Assembly (NCBI RefSeq): GCF_037042905.1
Contig: NC_087251.1
Location: 18,044,001-18,108,000 of the forward strand
Direction: 5' to 3'
Length of the DNA: 64,000 bases
Origin: Lytechinus pictus
Taxonomy: Eukaryota
Shown: in pieces, positions 37,258 through 50,400 of the stretch
Layout of the letters: the number at the start of each line of letters is the position of its first letter
Position numbering within the stretch: the stretch's first letter is position 1
Translations under genes and position numbers: made by a program
Notes under the pieces: model-generated
Seen by the model: only the letters and a program-made list of their open reading frames with translations
Database searches by the model: none
Told to the model about the DNA's origin: nothing

Positions 37258-39199
37258 ATTCAGGTATAAGGTATATATTCATTCTTTTTTTTAAAAACAT
37301 CATTGTTCACTTCCCTCACCTAGATCATTTGGCTATATATAATACCTTTTATTCTACACTATTCTTCCCTTTCAAAAAACCTGATTGGAGCTCCTGCCTC
37401 CCATGATCTGACATTTGCCTCTCAACGTACTGGAAATAAATACCATTTTTTCAATATTTTTGTGTTTTTGACACCCTTATCACGTTACGTACGTAACGTG
37501 CCCTCTCTTGAAAAAGACATCCTTTTTACGTGTTTTTTTGGTCGCGCATGGTATCCACTCGTCAATGTAAGTGGCCCCCCCCCCCCCCCCCCGGGCGTAC
37601 TGTACATAGTGTTATTTTATTATCTCTTTATATGGGAAACTTCGTTTTACCGAATTGCCATGCACTCTCTCCGACGCGTTTGAAGTCTTAGACAGCATGG
37701 CATACTACCAGCCGATGGTACACACACGCACACACACACACGTTATTTGACAACTTGTCTCTGGAGCCAAAGTTCCTCGCATATAACTATCTGCATGCCT
37801 GCACGCAGTGTGTATTGAACACGCACGACCACGATCTAATGAATATTCATCGGCGAGACTGACGTCATTTTACGAGTCTCCTTTCAAACTTGGATCATAA
37901 GTGCCTACCCATCATATCAGTGGAATTCTAATTCTATGGTGTTCTCAATAAATGTCGAAACAAAATTCTGAGCTAAACTAAGTCAAGTTACTAGTTAGTT
38001 AGTTACAGCACAGATGCAGAGCCGTAAAACTCCCTCAAAAATACAAAGATGACAAGCTTGCTATGTAAAAATGTAAGAAATTTATCTCTTGTGAGGAGAA
38101 CTATGTGTGTCTTTATGTGAATGAATGGCGTTGTAATTGTGAGTTTTAGAGAAATGCCCAGGCAAGCTGAGCCTGAGGCAAGGCCAAGGGCCAAGGACAG
38201 GTTAAGGCACTATAGGTATCACAGGCCTAACTCATTCCCCATAGACTCGTGTGTTAAATTGGCATTTTAAAAAATTCATAAAAAATAAGGGTGAAATTCG
38301 GGGGTCGAATGTTTACTACCAGTGGATAGGATTTTTATCTGGCAATCCATATCTGACCAGAAAAGGGTCCCTCGACCGGCTCATTTTAAAAATAAATTGG
38401 CGTGTTTGAAGACACCGTCGGGGGGAGCAGATTCATCACCTCAAACAGCAAAATAGCCCTAATCCTTCCGCCAGTCAAAATATAGTCCAAAGTTGGTGAT
38501 ATTTCTTCCCAATTTGGGAAAAGGAAGTTCAATAATTACCAAAAATAGAATCAGTGTTAGATGGACAATCATATGCATACACTTTGTTAATCAGCCATAT
38601 CAAAATTTAAAAAATAGCAATGGGTTGGCTCGAATGAATATCTATGGCCTGCCTCTAGTGATTAGGCCCGTGAAGCCCTAACGTTAGGCCAAAGACGTTA
38701 CGGCTACGCACGGGATGCGGTCGGTGGCGCGCTGGCGGGGGCCGGGGCGGGCGGGCGGCGGCAGCTGGTGTGGACCTAGACAGCTTGCAGCCGTCTGTTT
38801 CGAGGAGTTTTTTAATCATATTTTCTCCTCGTACACTGGCGGTACACAGATGGCTCGCGATCGTGCAGCTGCCATTATTTAGGGGGTAAACAATGCAAAA
38901 TCCCCCCGACGCAGGGCTCATCAATTTTTTTCTTTATTTCATAAGAACTGGGCCAAAATGAAGATTATATTATTCCGTTTTGGCCTGATGAAATGCACCA
39001 AAGCAAAACGGAAAAAAATTAACTTAAATGGGGGAAAAACAGTGACTTAACTTCGGCTGTCGCGCAACTCCCGCGGCCTGGTTTATCCGAACTTAATAAA
39101 CATATCATCATATGGCCATTGTCTTTGATACGTCCCTGTACTGTAATCTGTACAGATCGAGTTAGAACTTTGGTCTCTGTAATTGGTGACTGGAGCCAC

Positions 39200-39432
39200 T
39201 CACACGTCTAGACCAAAACAAAAGCTTCAGTCTCTGTAGTTTGATTATTTCGCTGAACTGCGTTGGCTCACTCACCAATACATATAGTAAAATAAATCCC
39301 CAGAAACGACGGTTATTCCTGTCTATCACACGTCATGCAGGTATTGTGACTAATACTATACTAGGACTGGAGCCAACGGAGTTCAGCGGAACAACCAATA
39401 AAACAGAGACCGAAGCTTTTGGTCTAGTGTGG
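39200..39432. mobile_element. Palindromic MITE-like element upstream of ATP5S
   Basis: CTAGACCAAAA..AAGCTTCAGTCTCTGT..CGCTGAACTGCGTTGGCTC vs GAGCCAACGGAGTTCAGCG..ACAGAGACCGAAGCTTTTGGTCTAG. Confidence 0.65.
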
Positions 39433-39822
39433 ACCGTGCAGACAGACGCTAGATCAAGGCGAGTAGGCGACATCGACAGGAACGGCTGACAAGTCATGAA
39501 AGGGGTACTTTAGTTTAGGGCCGCACACCTACTGTCTACTACCATCCATGAGCATGATGAGTGCCCCCCCAAGTTGGCTGCACTTACCTGCTTACTCCGA
39601 AATTCACATGTAGATTTCTTTTTCATGACTGTCTTAAAGTTTGCGTTACTCCGTTAGAATTTCTTGCTTTTTTTATAATGCAAATAACTTTTTTTTTTTT
39701 TTTGTGAGTGGGAATTATAAATGAAATTTGTTACCTTAGCCTAGCCCTAGGGCTAGGCTTAATAAAGCTCGCTAAATTAAATTCTTCTATTTCTAATTGT
39801 GTTTGTTTTGTGTACAAAGTTG

Positions 39823-42800
39823 ATGGAGGGGAAGTTTGTCACCAGGTATTAATTATTAAATATTATTATTATTAAATATAAGAGTCGTGAACAGCTGCTT
39901 CAGTTGTCTGATAGTAATAAATCTCATATTAGTGAGGTGATGAATTGTGGAACAATTAAGACCTATAACCCAAAATGAATAGATAGAACAGATTAAAGGA
40001 AAAAATATCAAATGATAAGGAAGTGAAATAAGATCAAAATGAAGCTATTGGAAGAAGTATGGTAATTCATTGGCTCGATGAAAAGAAAAAAAGAGATAAA
40101 TTTGAGAAAACCAGAAACGAGGTGATAGAATGACAAAAGGAAAAGAATGGTACTTTCAATTGCAGAAAAAAATATTCCAGACCCAACATTAAAATGGAGA
40201 ATTAAACAGAAGGAATTCAAGAAAGTCAATAGAAAGAAAATGAGATATTCCCTGTTTCCTTTGACTATTTATAGCTTAATGATGAGAGCTTTTTGAGTAG
40301 ATCTATGCCTACATTGTTATGCTAATGTTGGTCTACTTTTTTGTCAATGGAACCTTGGGAAATTTCTATTTGCTATTGGACCTTTCAAAAGACCCTCTTT
40401 TCCAATTTCGCTGGCAAATTGTTGTAGGCAAATGTGAGTGTTTGAGAAGGATATGGCAAATTGGTTATGGCCTATTTATTTAAAACAGGTCTTGCTTTGT
40501 ATCTGTCTAAAAAAAAATAGACACCTTGTTGGAGTTTTCCTGTACATTTGCCACAGTGCTTGTCTTGGATTTCTTGAGTTTTTTTTTTTTACCTCAAGAA
40601 TGCATTAGAATATGAATGTTATTATTTTTCTTTTTTGTATATTGCTGTTTGAAGATTTGCAATCCAGGTAGATCCATTGCAAGAGGTATTCTACTGCAGC
40701 ACCATCTCCAGTCACGTCCACTCTGGGGGATGTTAAATGCTGTCTTTAATCAGTAAGTTATGCTTTTATTTCGATAACTCTGCTAATAGGGACATGTATC
40801 CCTATGTATCGAGTGCTATATAAAAATACTATGGTTAACAATAACGAGATTAAAAACCTGCAATTTTCTATATCGGGTACTTCTGTAGTCGTGCAGTTTT
40901 GAAAGTAAAACCAATCATCAATCACAAATATGACCACAACAAGGAAAGAAGCCAAAATTGAAAATTCATTATTAATATTATACTTTTGCTGTTTTGCATT
41001 TAGTTTCTTGCTCTGAACAGACATTAATCGTCAGAAATGAAAGGCTGAAAATTAGCACTTAACTTACAATTGGTGGCTATACATTGAATGGTACTAGTCC
41101 AGATAATAATTTTGCATTTACATATATTGTCACAAGACACACGTGTAATTCTCAAACAAAATGAAATTACAGTACTTTACAGTACTTTATGTAAGACCTG
41201 TCCAAAAACAAAATATATGTAGAATGACATTGCTCCATCTCTCTGAAATAAGACATACAAAATCCACCCTTTTATTCATTCCTCTCCCTCTCCCTTCCCC
41301 TCTCTCATCTTCTCTCCATCTCCCAATTCTATCCCTCTTGATCTCCTAGGGTAGACCGATCCAGAATCAAAGAGGTAGGTCCAGACCGAGCTGCAGCAGA
41401 ATGGTTGTTGAGATGTGGAGCATCTGTGAGGTTCAACAATTTTGAGAGGTGGACAGTAGATTACAATCTTTTGCCGACTGGAGGCAGAGACAAACTCAAG
41501 ATTTTTGAAGTTGATGCAACAGATTCATCGATCATGCACATTGGCTTTGAACACTTTGGTAAGTTCTTAAAATAAGCTGGACTTTGTGGTGATCAAATCT
41601 GTCCACAGAAATCCTTATCTGCATCTCTGAAGAGAATGGTTCTAGGTTTTTCACTCATTAGTGACATGAACTTGAGATTGAGAATATAATCATAGATATC
41701 CTTTGAAAAATAACAAAATGAATGCTGGACATTTTTTAAGTTTGTGGAAATGCAAGATATAATTGTTGACTTTTTAAAGTTTGTTGATAGCATTTTTATC
41801 ATTGAGCCCATTGTGGTTGCATTTCAATGAGTGATTGGCAGGAAAATGCTAGAACCTCTTACTGTTAATCTGTTTACGTTATTATTACTGTAGAGGGAAT
41901 AAAACACCTTCGATATCTGAAGCTTCACCACTGCACCTATCTACAGGACATGTGTGTCTCCAAGCTAGTGCTTCTCAAAGACTCTCTTGAAGAACTTCAA
42001 ATAAGCAGCTGTGGTGATGTCACAGATAAGGGGCTTGCAACACTCAATCACCTTCAGTAAGTGCATGATAGCGATAGTTAACCTAAAAGCTAATGTATAA
42101 TTGTGATGTCACAGCTATTCATTCCCATGGCAAAATGGTTTGTAAATAGTTTCAAATTGCCCAAAATGTGTCTCTGATTCAAAGGTTGGAAACAGTGAAA
42201 ATCCCTGGATATAACTATGATACACGCCTGGTGCAAGGATTCTTGTTTGGAACCATCGCTATGCTGTAAAAAGACTGTGACATCATCACTTCAGAACTCT
42301 AATTGAGTTTTGTGCTCTTTTCAGATTATATGATGGACAGGGGAAAAGGAATTATTTTTGCTCAGTGGATAGATTTGTTCTTCTGTTCATACTGAATTAC
42401 ATTGTTTATTGAACCCAAATGCATTTTATGAGGGCTTTTTGCAATATATATGAACTTGGGCTGAAAGAGCCTTAACCCCTGGGTATTTTCCTTGGCTAGT
42501 GGTTGGTTGATATTTTCTAAAGGGTAATTTCAAAGTGAACAAAGTGTCATTTATGGTAGATTAGGCTGTAGTTTGTCTTTAAAAATAGTTTAATTTTGGC
42601 CCCGAGAATAAAATTTGAAAGAAATTTTCTTGCAATAATTGAGAAATATTGATCATAGACAATCCATGGATTTTACTTTGATGGTTAAGGTTCCAGAATC
42701 ATGAAAATTGTACTAAGTCCGCTCAGATCATTTGAGAGTCAAATGCAAATTATAGGAGCATCACAAATTTCTAATGAAACATTTCAGCAAGCTTTTGTTA

Positions 42801-43143
42801 AATTATAAGTGCAGACATTAAAAAACAAGTCCTTTATGTGGATATTTTTGTGGTAATGTTTTTCTTGTATAATGTCAAATATGTGAAGCTCTCACAAGGA
42901 TTGTTTTCATCCATCCTGCAAGCACACTTCCATTTAATGCAAACACAAATATCTTATTCTTCTTACAGTAAACTGGAGAAGTTGTTTCTGTGTGACCTCC
43001 CAGCTGTGAAGGACATGGAAGGGATCATTAAGATTCTTGGATCGGCTTTGCCAAACTGTGAAATCAGGTATCTTTCTCTGGAAGGACTCAAAGATTTAAA
43101 GAGACTTGGTAAAGATAATATCAGAGAGACTTTCGATACATAG
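39823..43143 (+). CDS. ATP5S: ATP synthase subunit s / factor B (ATP5S, DMAC2L), mitochondrial leucine-rich-repeat protein
   Basis: Exons ~40655-40752 (..SRPLWGMLNAVFNQ), 41350-41558 (VDRSRIKEVGPDRAAAEWLLRCGASVRF...DATDSSIMHIGFEHF), 41894-42056 (EGIKHLRYLKLHHC...ISSCGDVTDKGL), 42969-43143 (KLEKLFLCDLPAVK...*). These match ATP5S motifs (WLNAVFN, VGPDRAASEWLLRCGA, SCGNITDKG). The first coding exon is uncertain: 39823-39845 (MEGKFVTR) or an ATG at ~39496. Confidence 0.9.
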
Positions 43144-43344
43144 AAGATTCATATTTCCTATGCATAATGAGTGTTGTGATTGTTTCCAGCCCAGGAGATG
43201 AGTGATCTCATCCTGCATGAGGACTTGAATTGACTTCCCAACAGGAAGGGTTGTTCTTCCATGACTAGTATGGCATTTCTTCTGTGAAGGACAAGGCCAA
43301 GCAATATTCTCAGATCAAACCTTCTAAACTGAAATAAATCTCAT

Positions 43345-44801
43345 TTTTGTCTCACCTGCATAGCAGAGTGAGACTATAGGCGCCGCTTTTCCGACGGCGG
43401 CGGAGGCGTCAACACCAAATCTTAATCGAAGGTTAAGTTTTTGAAATGACAGCATAACTTAGAAAGTATATGGACCTAGTTCATGAAACTTTGCCATAAG
43501 GTTAATCAAGTATTACTGAACATCCTGCCTGAGTTTCAGGTCACATGACCAAGGTCAAAGGTCATTTAGGGTCAATGAACTTAGACCATGTTGGGGGAAT
43601 CAACATCAAAATCTTAAACTAAGGTTAAGTTTTTGAAATGACAGCATAACAAAAAAAAATATATGGACCTAGTTCATGAAACTTGGAACTAATGTTAATC
43701 AAGTATTACTGAACATCCTGCCTAAGTTTCAAGTCACATGACTAAGGTCAAAGGTCATTTAGGGTCAATGAACTTTGGCCAAGTTGGGGGTATCTGTTGA
43801 ATTACCATCATAACTTTGAAAGTTTATAGATCTGATTCATGAAACTTAGACATAAGAGTAATCAAGTATCACTGAACATCCTGTGCAAGTTTCAGGTGAC
43901 ATGACTAAGGTCAATGAACTTTGGCCAAGCTGGGGGTATTTGTTGAATTATCATCATAACTTTCAAAGATTATATAGTTTATAAAATGTGGATATAGGGG
44001 TAATCAAGTATCACTGAACATCCTGTGCGAGTTTCAGGTCACATGACTAAGGTCAAAGATTAATGGTCTTTGATCATGTTGGGGGTATTTGTTAAATAAC
44101 CATCATAACTCTGAAAGTGTATGGATCTAGTTCGTAAAACTTGGACATAAGAGTAATTAAGTATCATTTAACATCTCATGGGAGTTTTAGGTCACATGAC
44201 CAAAGTCAAAGGTCATTGAACTTTGGCCATTTTGTAGGTTATTATTAGATTGCTGTCGTAACTTTCAAAGTTTATAGATATAGTTTATAAAATGTGGCTA
44301 TAGGGGTAATCAAGTATCACTGAACATCCTGTGCGAGTTTCAGGTCACATGACTAAGGTCAAAGATTAATGGTCTTTGATCATATTGGGGGTATTTGTTA
44401 AATAACCATCATAACTCTGAAAGTGTATGGATCTAGTTCATAAAACTTGGACATAAGAGTAATTAAGTATCATTTAACATCTCATGGGAGTTTTAGGTCA
44501 CATGACCAAAGTCAAAAGTCATTGAACTTTGGCCATTTTGTAGGTTATTATTAGATTGCTGTCATAACTTTCAAAGTTTATAGATATAGTTTATAAAATG
44601 TGGATATAGGGGTAATCAAGTATCACTGACAAGTCTTAGGTCGCATGATCAAGGTCAAATGTCATTTATTGTCAATGAACGTAGTATTGTATCATTATAT
44701 GAATGGTATTTTGGTGAATAATCATTTTATAGTAGTTTTCAAAGACAGCACTGCTGCTATATTGAATTGCAGGTGAGACTGCCAGAGGCAATCCACTTGT
44801 T
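43345..44801 (-). mobile_element. Same HINE-like family, copy 2, just downstream of the ATP5S stop
   Basis: TTTTTGTCTCACCTGCATAGCAGAGTGAGACTATAG ... GCAGGTGAGACTGCCAGAGGCAATCCACTTG, the reverse complement of the copy 1 ends, with more internal units. Confidence 0.75.
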
Positions 44802-45673
44802 GAAGGGTTTAAATCTAGAAACGTTCCTGTCACTGATTTTCACTCAAGCAATTTGTTGATAATTTCATATTGTGAGGTAGTAAGTGTAAAGCCTTAGTTC
44901 ATCTTGATAGCATATTTTTGTTAACTTTCTTGGAATTGAAAAACTAATTAAGAAAAAGAAATATACAAAATAACAGAATTGGCCATGTAGAAAACCTGTC
45001 CAAAGCAATTTGGGAAATCTCATTTAGCACGAGAAAGGGGTCACCCGTCATGCTTAAAGTCATGCATAACTTACCAACATTTTTATAAAACACCAACCAG
45101 GTACATGACTAAAGATGAAGAGCTCAGGCAAATGATTAATAACTGTAATGGACTAACAAGCTTGAGTCTTTCCTTGTTAAATGAAACTTACTCTGTTGCT
45201 TGATTTTTGACAACTTTACAATCAAAAGTTTAATGAAATTTCTACAAAAATGTTCTTTAAAAGTTCACTAACTTTTCATATTCATTTCATGCAATAAAGT
45301 TCAAGTATAAAGAGGTTCTCAAGACCATAAACTATCTTGTTATAACAGAAGAAATTTCATGTTTTAATGGTAATTAGAAGACAAAGTTCTGGAATTAGGA
45401 GTGGTGTTTGTCTATACCATTTTATACCCTTAAACTTGTGTTCTATTGTGATTTTTTCAAATCATTATTATTAAAGTCAGTTGAATGACAAGATATTGTG
45501 GAACGGCCAATATACATATGTGGAAATTTCATAGTCAGATGTGTACATAATATTGGTGGTATTAAAGCATTTGGGTTGTGAGTGAAAAATTAGCATGATT
45601 GCTTTAAATACCTTGGAAATATACAAAAAGTATATATATATCCCTTTGTGGTCTTGTGAAGAATCAACATTAT

Positions 45674-45947
45674 TGTATGAGCTGTTATTTTTGCGGGGGT
45701 TTTATTTCGCGGATTCACGAATTAACACGAAAATATTGACACATTTAGTAATCATTGTCAATGTCCCCAACAGCAAAGGCATGTCAGCATGGGGGCTTTG
45801 AGGAGCATATTTTTGCACATGTTTTGCACTATTTTTGCTTCTCTGAAATGCTATGGAAGTGTTTAGTGCATCTTCCGATCGCGAATTCAACAACCCACGG
45901 AAATGTTGAGACCCCCGCGATACGCAAAAATAACAGCTTATACAGTA
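45674..45947. mobile_element. MITE ending CAG|TA
   Basis: TGTATGAGCTGTTATTTTTGCG ... CGCAAAAATAACAGCTTATACAG|TA. Confidence 0.65.
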
Positions 45948-46519
45948 TGCTTCCTTTTAGAGACACTGAAGAGCAGTGGTTGAACATAAATATGCTTTTG
46001 AGTATTTATTCTTGTATAATTGTTACGAAGGACTCACATCTCTAGAAGTATGATTTTGATTGGGACTTAAAGAATTATAGTTTAAAAAATCAACAACATA
46101 GGAATGGAAAATAATCTTGCCACCTGACTTGTATTCTACTGTTATTAGGCCCTATAATGTATTTGTTATGTTCAAAATTATAACAAACAACAATGAAAGA
46201 GGCATCAGAACATTTTTTTCAAAGTTGTAGAAAATTTATTTGAATAAATATATCTCTATCTCATATAACAAATACATCACATCACAGTGGACATCTTTTG
46301 AAATAACAGAATGCAATTCTGTATTTGAGGCTAAGGAGTTGCAAGAAAATTTGTTCGCAATCGGCTCTTTAGAAATTATAAGTGATAGACCCATTTTCAC
46401 GAGAGCAAATCAATTTATTTTCTGTTGAATGAAGCAGAACAGCAGTTCATTGCAAACTGTAAGTAACTGTAAAGTAAACCATATGATTGATTTTTGGAAC
46501 CTAAAATTGATAAGTAATA

Positions 46520-46667
46520 CCTCAGTCACATATGCTCTACGGCAGCCTTATGGCGAGTCGAAAACAGCCATTTTATTTATTTCTATTCAAACCACATATA
46601 TGTAGCTGGTACAAAACAATGTTAAAACGGCCGTTTTCGACTCGCTGTAGAGCAAATGTAACTGAGG
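46520..46667. mobile_element. ~150-bp MITE with TA TSD, copy 2
   Basis: TA|CCTCAGTCACATATGCTCTAC ... GTAGAGCAAATGTAACTGAGG|TA. Confidence 0.75.
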
Positions 46668-47441
46668 TATTAGTTGCAATTGTTTGCCTGTTTCTGGCAA
46701 TGCTCCCTTGAAGCCTACATCAGTCTGTAGGACATGTCCTAAATCACAATGTTCATGACTGACCACTCAATCATCTCTGATGTATGTGTTTATCCATCAA
46801 GTGAGAACGGAATGTAATTGGCTGGCTTTCTCTATAAAAGCACTGGGTAAATAAAATCTTTATGCAAATCATATTAAAATCATTTCCATTTCAATTCACT
46901 TTCCCCCTTGCTATTATCATTTGTTTCAAATTGGAAATCCTAACTGCAAAAGATGTAGTGAACAAAATACACATTAAATATTTAAATGGCAAACTTGTCA
47001 GCAATGTTTTGTAAATTATATGCATAAACATAACTTTATCAAGATTTGAAGAGTCATGCAATGAAAGAGATATTGCTTTGAATAAGATTAAAAAACAAGA
47101 GAGTTGAAGTTGTTGACTTTGGACAAAACCTTTAATCACCAACATAAAGATATAATGAGGTGATTGTCATAGATATGCTTTAATAATGTGAATCAACAGG
47201 ACATGAAATGCTGAAATGGATGGCTCAAGTCTGTTGTGCTTGGAGAGGATATTTTGGGGTCACAAAACCTGCCATGTACTGATTCATAACCTTTGATGTT
47301 GAACAAAACTCTGGACATCATTGTTCACATTAAAATGATATAAGTTAGAACTTGAAAGGTATTTGAGTCATGTTTCCATTGTATCTTGCATCCTAGTGGT
47401 CAATGGCTTGTTTGCATTCATACCCGATGAAGTGCCCTTGA

Positions 47442-50400
47442 TCATGTTTCCTGCATGACAGGTGGAAGGCAAGAGAGGGCATCCCCTTGAGAGTTCCATA
47501 CTTTGTATTCTACTGATAAGAATTCTCGAACTGTGGCAGAAAAATAGGTTAAGAGGGGGAAAAAACATTTGTTGAGGACATTGTTTCCATTGTTTGAAGT
47601 AAAATAAAAAATTAGCAGGGAGACAAGAACTATACTTTGTAAACAATGTTTGATGTGGTGGACACAGATGAGTGATTGAAAAGAGTGTATAGATCTCTAT
47701 AGTCCTCTCATTGCCCATCTTGGCTCATACATTCAGATATTCAACTTTGTTTGCAGAATTCTCTTTCAGAAAACAAAAATTTAGTATTTCATACTTGCAT
47801 TTTAAACTAGAAAATACAATACAAAAGATTGCTTGAACGCAAATCTAATCTGAGTTACACATGAAAACTGGGATTCTATGGTAACAAACAGTGTGCATTG
47901 ATTACAGTCTGAAGAAGAGTTTTAAAGAATAATGACAAACCTGATGTGACCTTGACCTTTGAACTTGGTTTTATTTGAACTGAACGAGTATCCACTTTAC
48001 ATCCACTGTGTGTATAGTCTGATACCTTGAAGAAGATCTATCATCAAGAAGAAAACAACAAACTTCATTAATTATTTCAAAAGTTATGTCAATTATATTC
48101 TGTTTTTCTATTTCCATCACTGTTGCTTGTAACTGGATTTGTCCACTTCATTGTTTACGTTATGGGAGTTCAAGCACTTTCCAGTATGGAGTAAGCACCA
48201 TTACATCCTTAGGCACAAGTAATGAGACCTAAACTGATAGAATAACCACAATAACAAAAGTATACATATAGAGTTCCCCCCCAAAAAGAATATGTATTCT
48301 TCAACCATCACTACTTTTAAGGAGAGCTCAATTTATATATAGTTCAACACAGTAAAGGAAAACCATTGGAGGAGAAGGAATAGTAGTCATTACTCACAGA
48401 GGCATAAGTGTTGAGTCCAACACAGAAGGAGTCCTTGTTGACATCCTTCTCTTCGGGTCCAAACTGAACAGTTGCTTGTAGACTGGCTTCAAGACTCCTT
48501 GAAGGTAGCTTCTGACCAAGATTCCACCCTAATCTATGCCTGTCTTGAGAAAGGACCACACTGCCTATGCTTGGATTCACATCTACCCCTACCACCACAC
48601 CTCTGCAAAGATCAAAAAGAGGGATACACAGTGGGAATTTCATCAACATTTGTCATCTGACAAGTTGTCCAATCAGACAACTATTCACAGCTTTGATTGG
48701 CTATGAAAAACAGGCGTCTGACTGTTCCTATGGTATTAATAGTAAGATAATGACAATTTGTCATTGCTGACATCTTTCAGTTTAAAAGCAACAAGGATCT
48801 TACCTATTGAAGAAAGGAATCTGAACTTCAAAGTACTCAAAGGAATTCTTGACACTTCCACTCAGCTTGAGTCTGAGTTTGACTTGCACCTCTCTTTCAT
48901 CACCTGTCATCTCATAAGCAGCTTTGATTGGCAACTCGGAGGGTGTGGCTAGTGATTGAAAGGACAGCTGCGATGGTGTCGGAGAAGACGACCTCTCCGA
49001 AGAAGGCGTCACCACCTCTCGATGGGTCATAGACCCTCTTGTTGGGGTTTCCAGTCTTGATTCTCGTAATGAATAGTTTGTTGACCTAGACATGGAGGTG
49101 GGTGTTGCGGATCTTGCCATGGTTACAGATGGTGGTCTGCTGGGAGATGTGACTGTGCTAGTTTGGTCAGATGAGGGAGCTGTTGCAGTGTAGTGGCAGA
49201 GAATGAACATTTCGCTGGGTGGATTGAAATGAAACTTTCGTACCGTGGAAGTTACTTCTCCTGAAATTCAATTGGTGAGAGAAATGTTGTTAATAAGCCT
49301 TATCTATAATTTTAAACCATCCTTTATAAATTTGATGCAAGAATCAAAGCCAGAATATGGCTTTGGTAAAGATGAAACATACCAATCAATTGTATTAGAT
49401 TACTTGTAAACTTCAAATCTTAAAACTGTGTGACAGTTATTCTTGATTAAATGAGTTTGATAACATTTAGCACCCTTATATTATAATAAGCTCTGGATAA
49501 ATCTGTCTGAACACTAGTATTTCACAAACATATACACAGACTGTATCATTTCACTCTCTTCCTATCCTATGCTTATGAGGTCATTATTATCATAAAAAAG
49601 CTTATTGGGCAGGTGATTTTAGCTATTTTGGATATATTTGTGGTATAATTTAATCATTAATCATCTAAACTGACACTAAATAGTAAGAATTCAGATTTTT
49701 TTTTTTTACATCTAACTTTGCATCATTCCCTAAAACTGGAAAAAAAAGCAAAATGATGCGAAAATGGGGAAAAAAGTCTTTCAAGTGGGTGGACCAACCT
49801 GGTTGTATATTCAAGGGGTCTGTTGCTGCCACGCAAGGATGTATGATGAGATTCTCCAGAGGGGGTATGTCCGGTGGAACAGCCAAATTCATGGATACCT
49901 CTGGCATTGCACCCTCCAGGTCAGCCTTCAGAAAAAAAAAGATAACAAAGATAAAAGCGCTCTTCACTCGAATGAAATTTTTGCTACATGAATTTTAATA
50001 GTAAAAGCCTTCTATGGTCAGCAATCTTATACAGCAAATAATTTTACTTCTCAAATTTGATGAACAGTTGACGCTGATGGGGAAATATGTCTACAAAGTT
50101 TTGTACAGTCAATTGTAACAACCTGCCACATAAAAGGCATTTTGTGTAAAGTATTTATTTCAAAACATTCATAGCAAATTACAATGCAATACCAGGAAAA
50201 TCATTCCAGGGGAATATTTTATGGGAGATGTTGAAGTTATTAAACAGAACTTCAATTTTTTATTTTTGTTTTTTTATTTATTTATCTTATTTACCCAGGG
50301 TAGCCTGTTCAGTGATTGAAACACTGTTCTCAATCAGGGCCCTGCAATAAGAAACTTCTATCAAATCCAGGATCCATCTCTGTATCACTTTGATACTTCC

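Larger units (their letters stand above)
28739..37909. mobile_element. 9.17-kb foldback / Mutator-like non-autonomous element with very long modular inverted repeats
   Basis: Starts GGTAGGCACTTATGATCC and ends GGATCATAAGTGCCTACC. Perfect 9-bp flanking duplication CATCATATC at 28730-28738 and 37910-37918. Arms ~28739-30683 and ~35220-37909 are near-identical reverse complements. No transposase ORF is seen. Confidence 0.9.
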
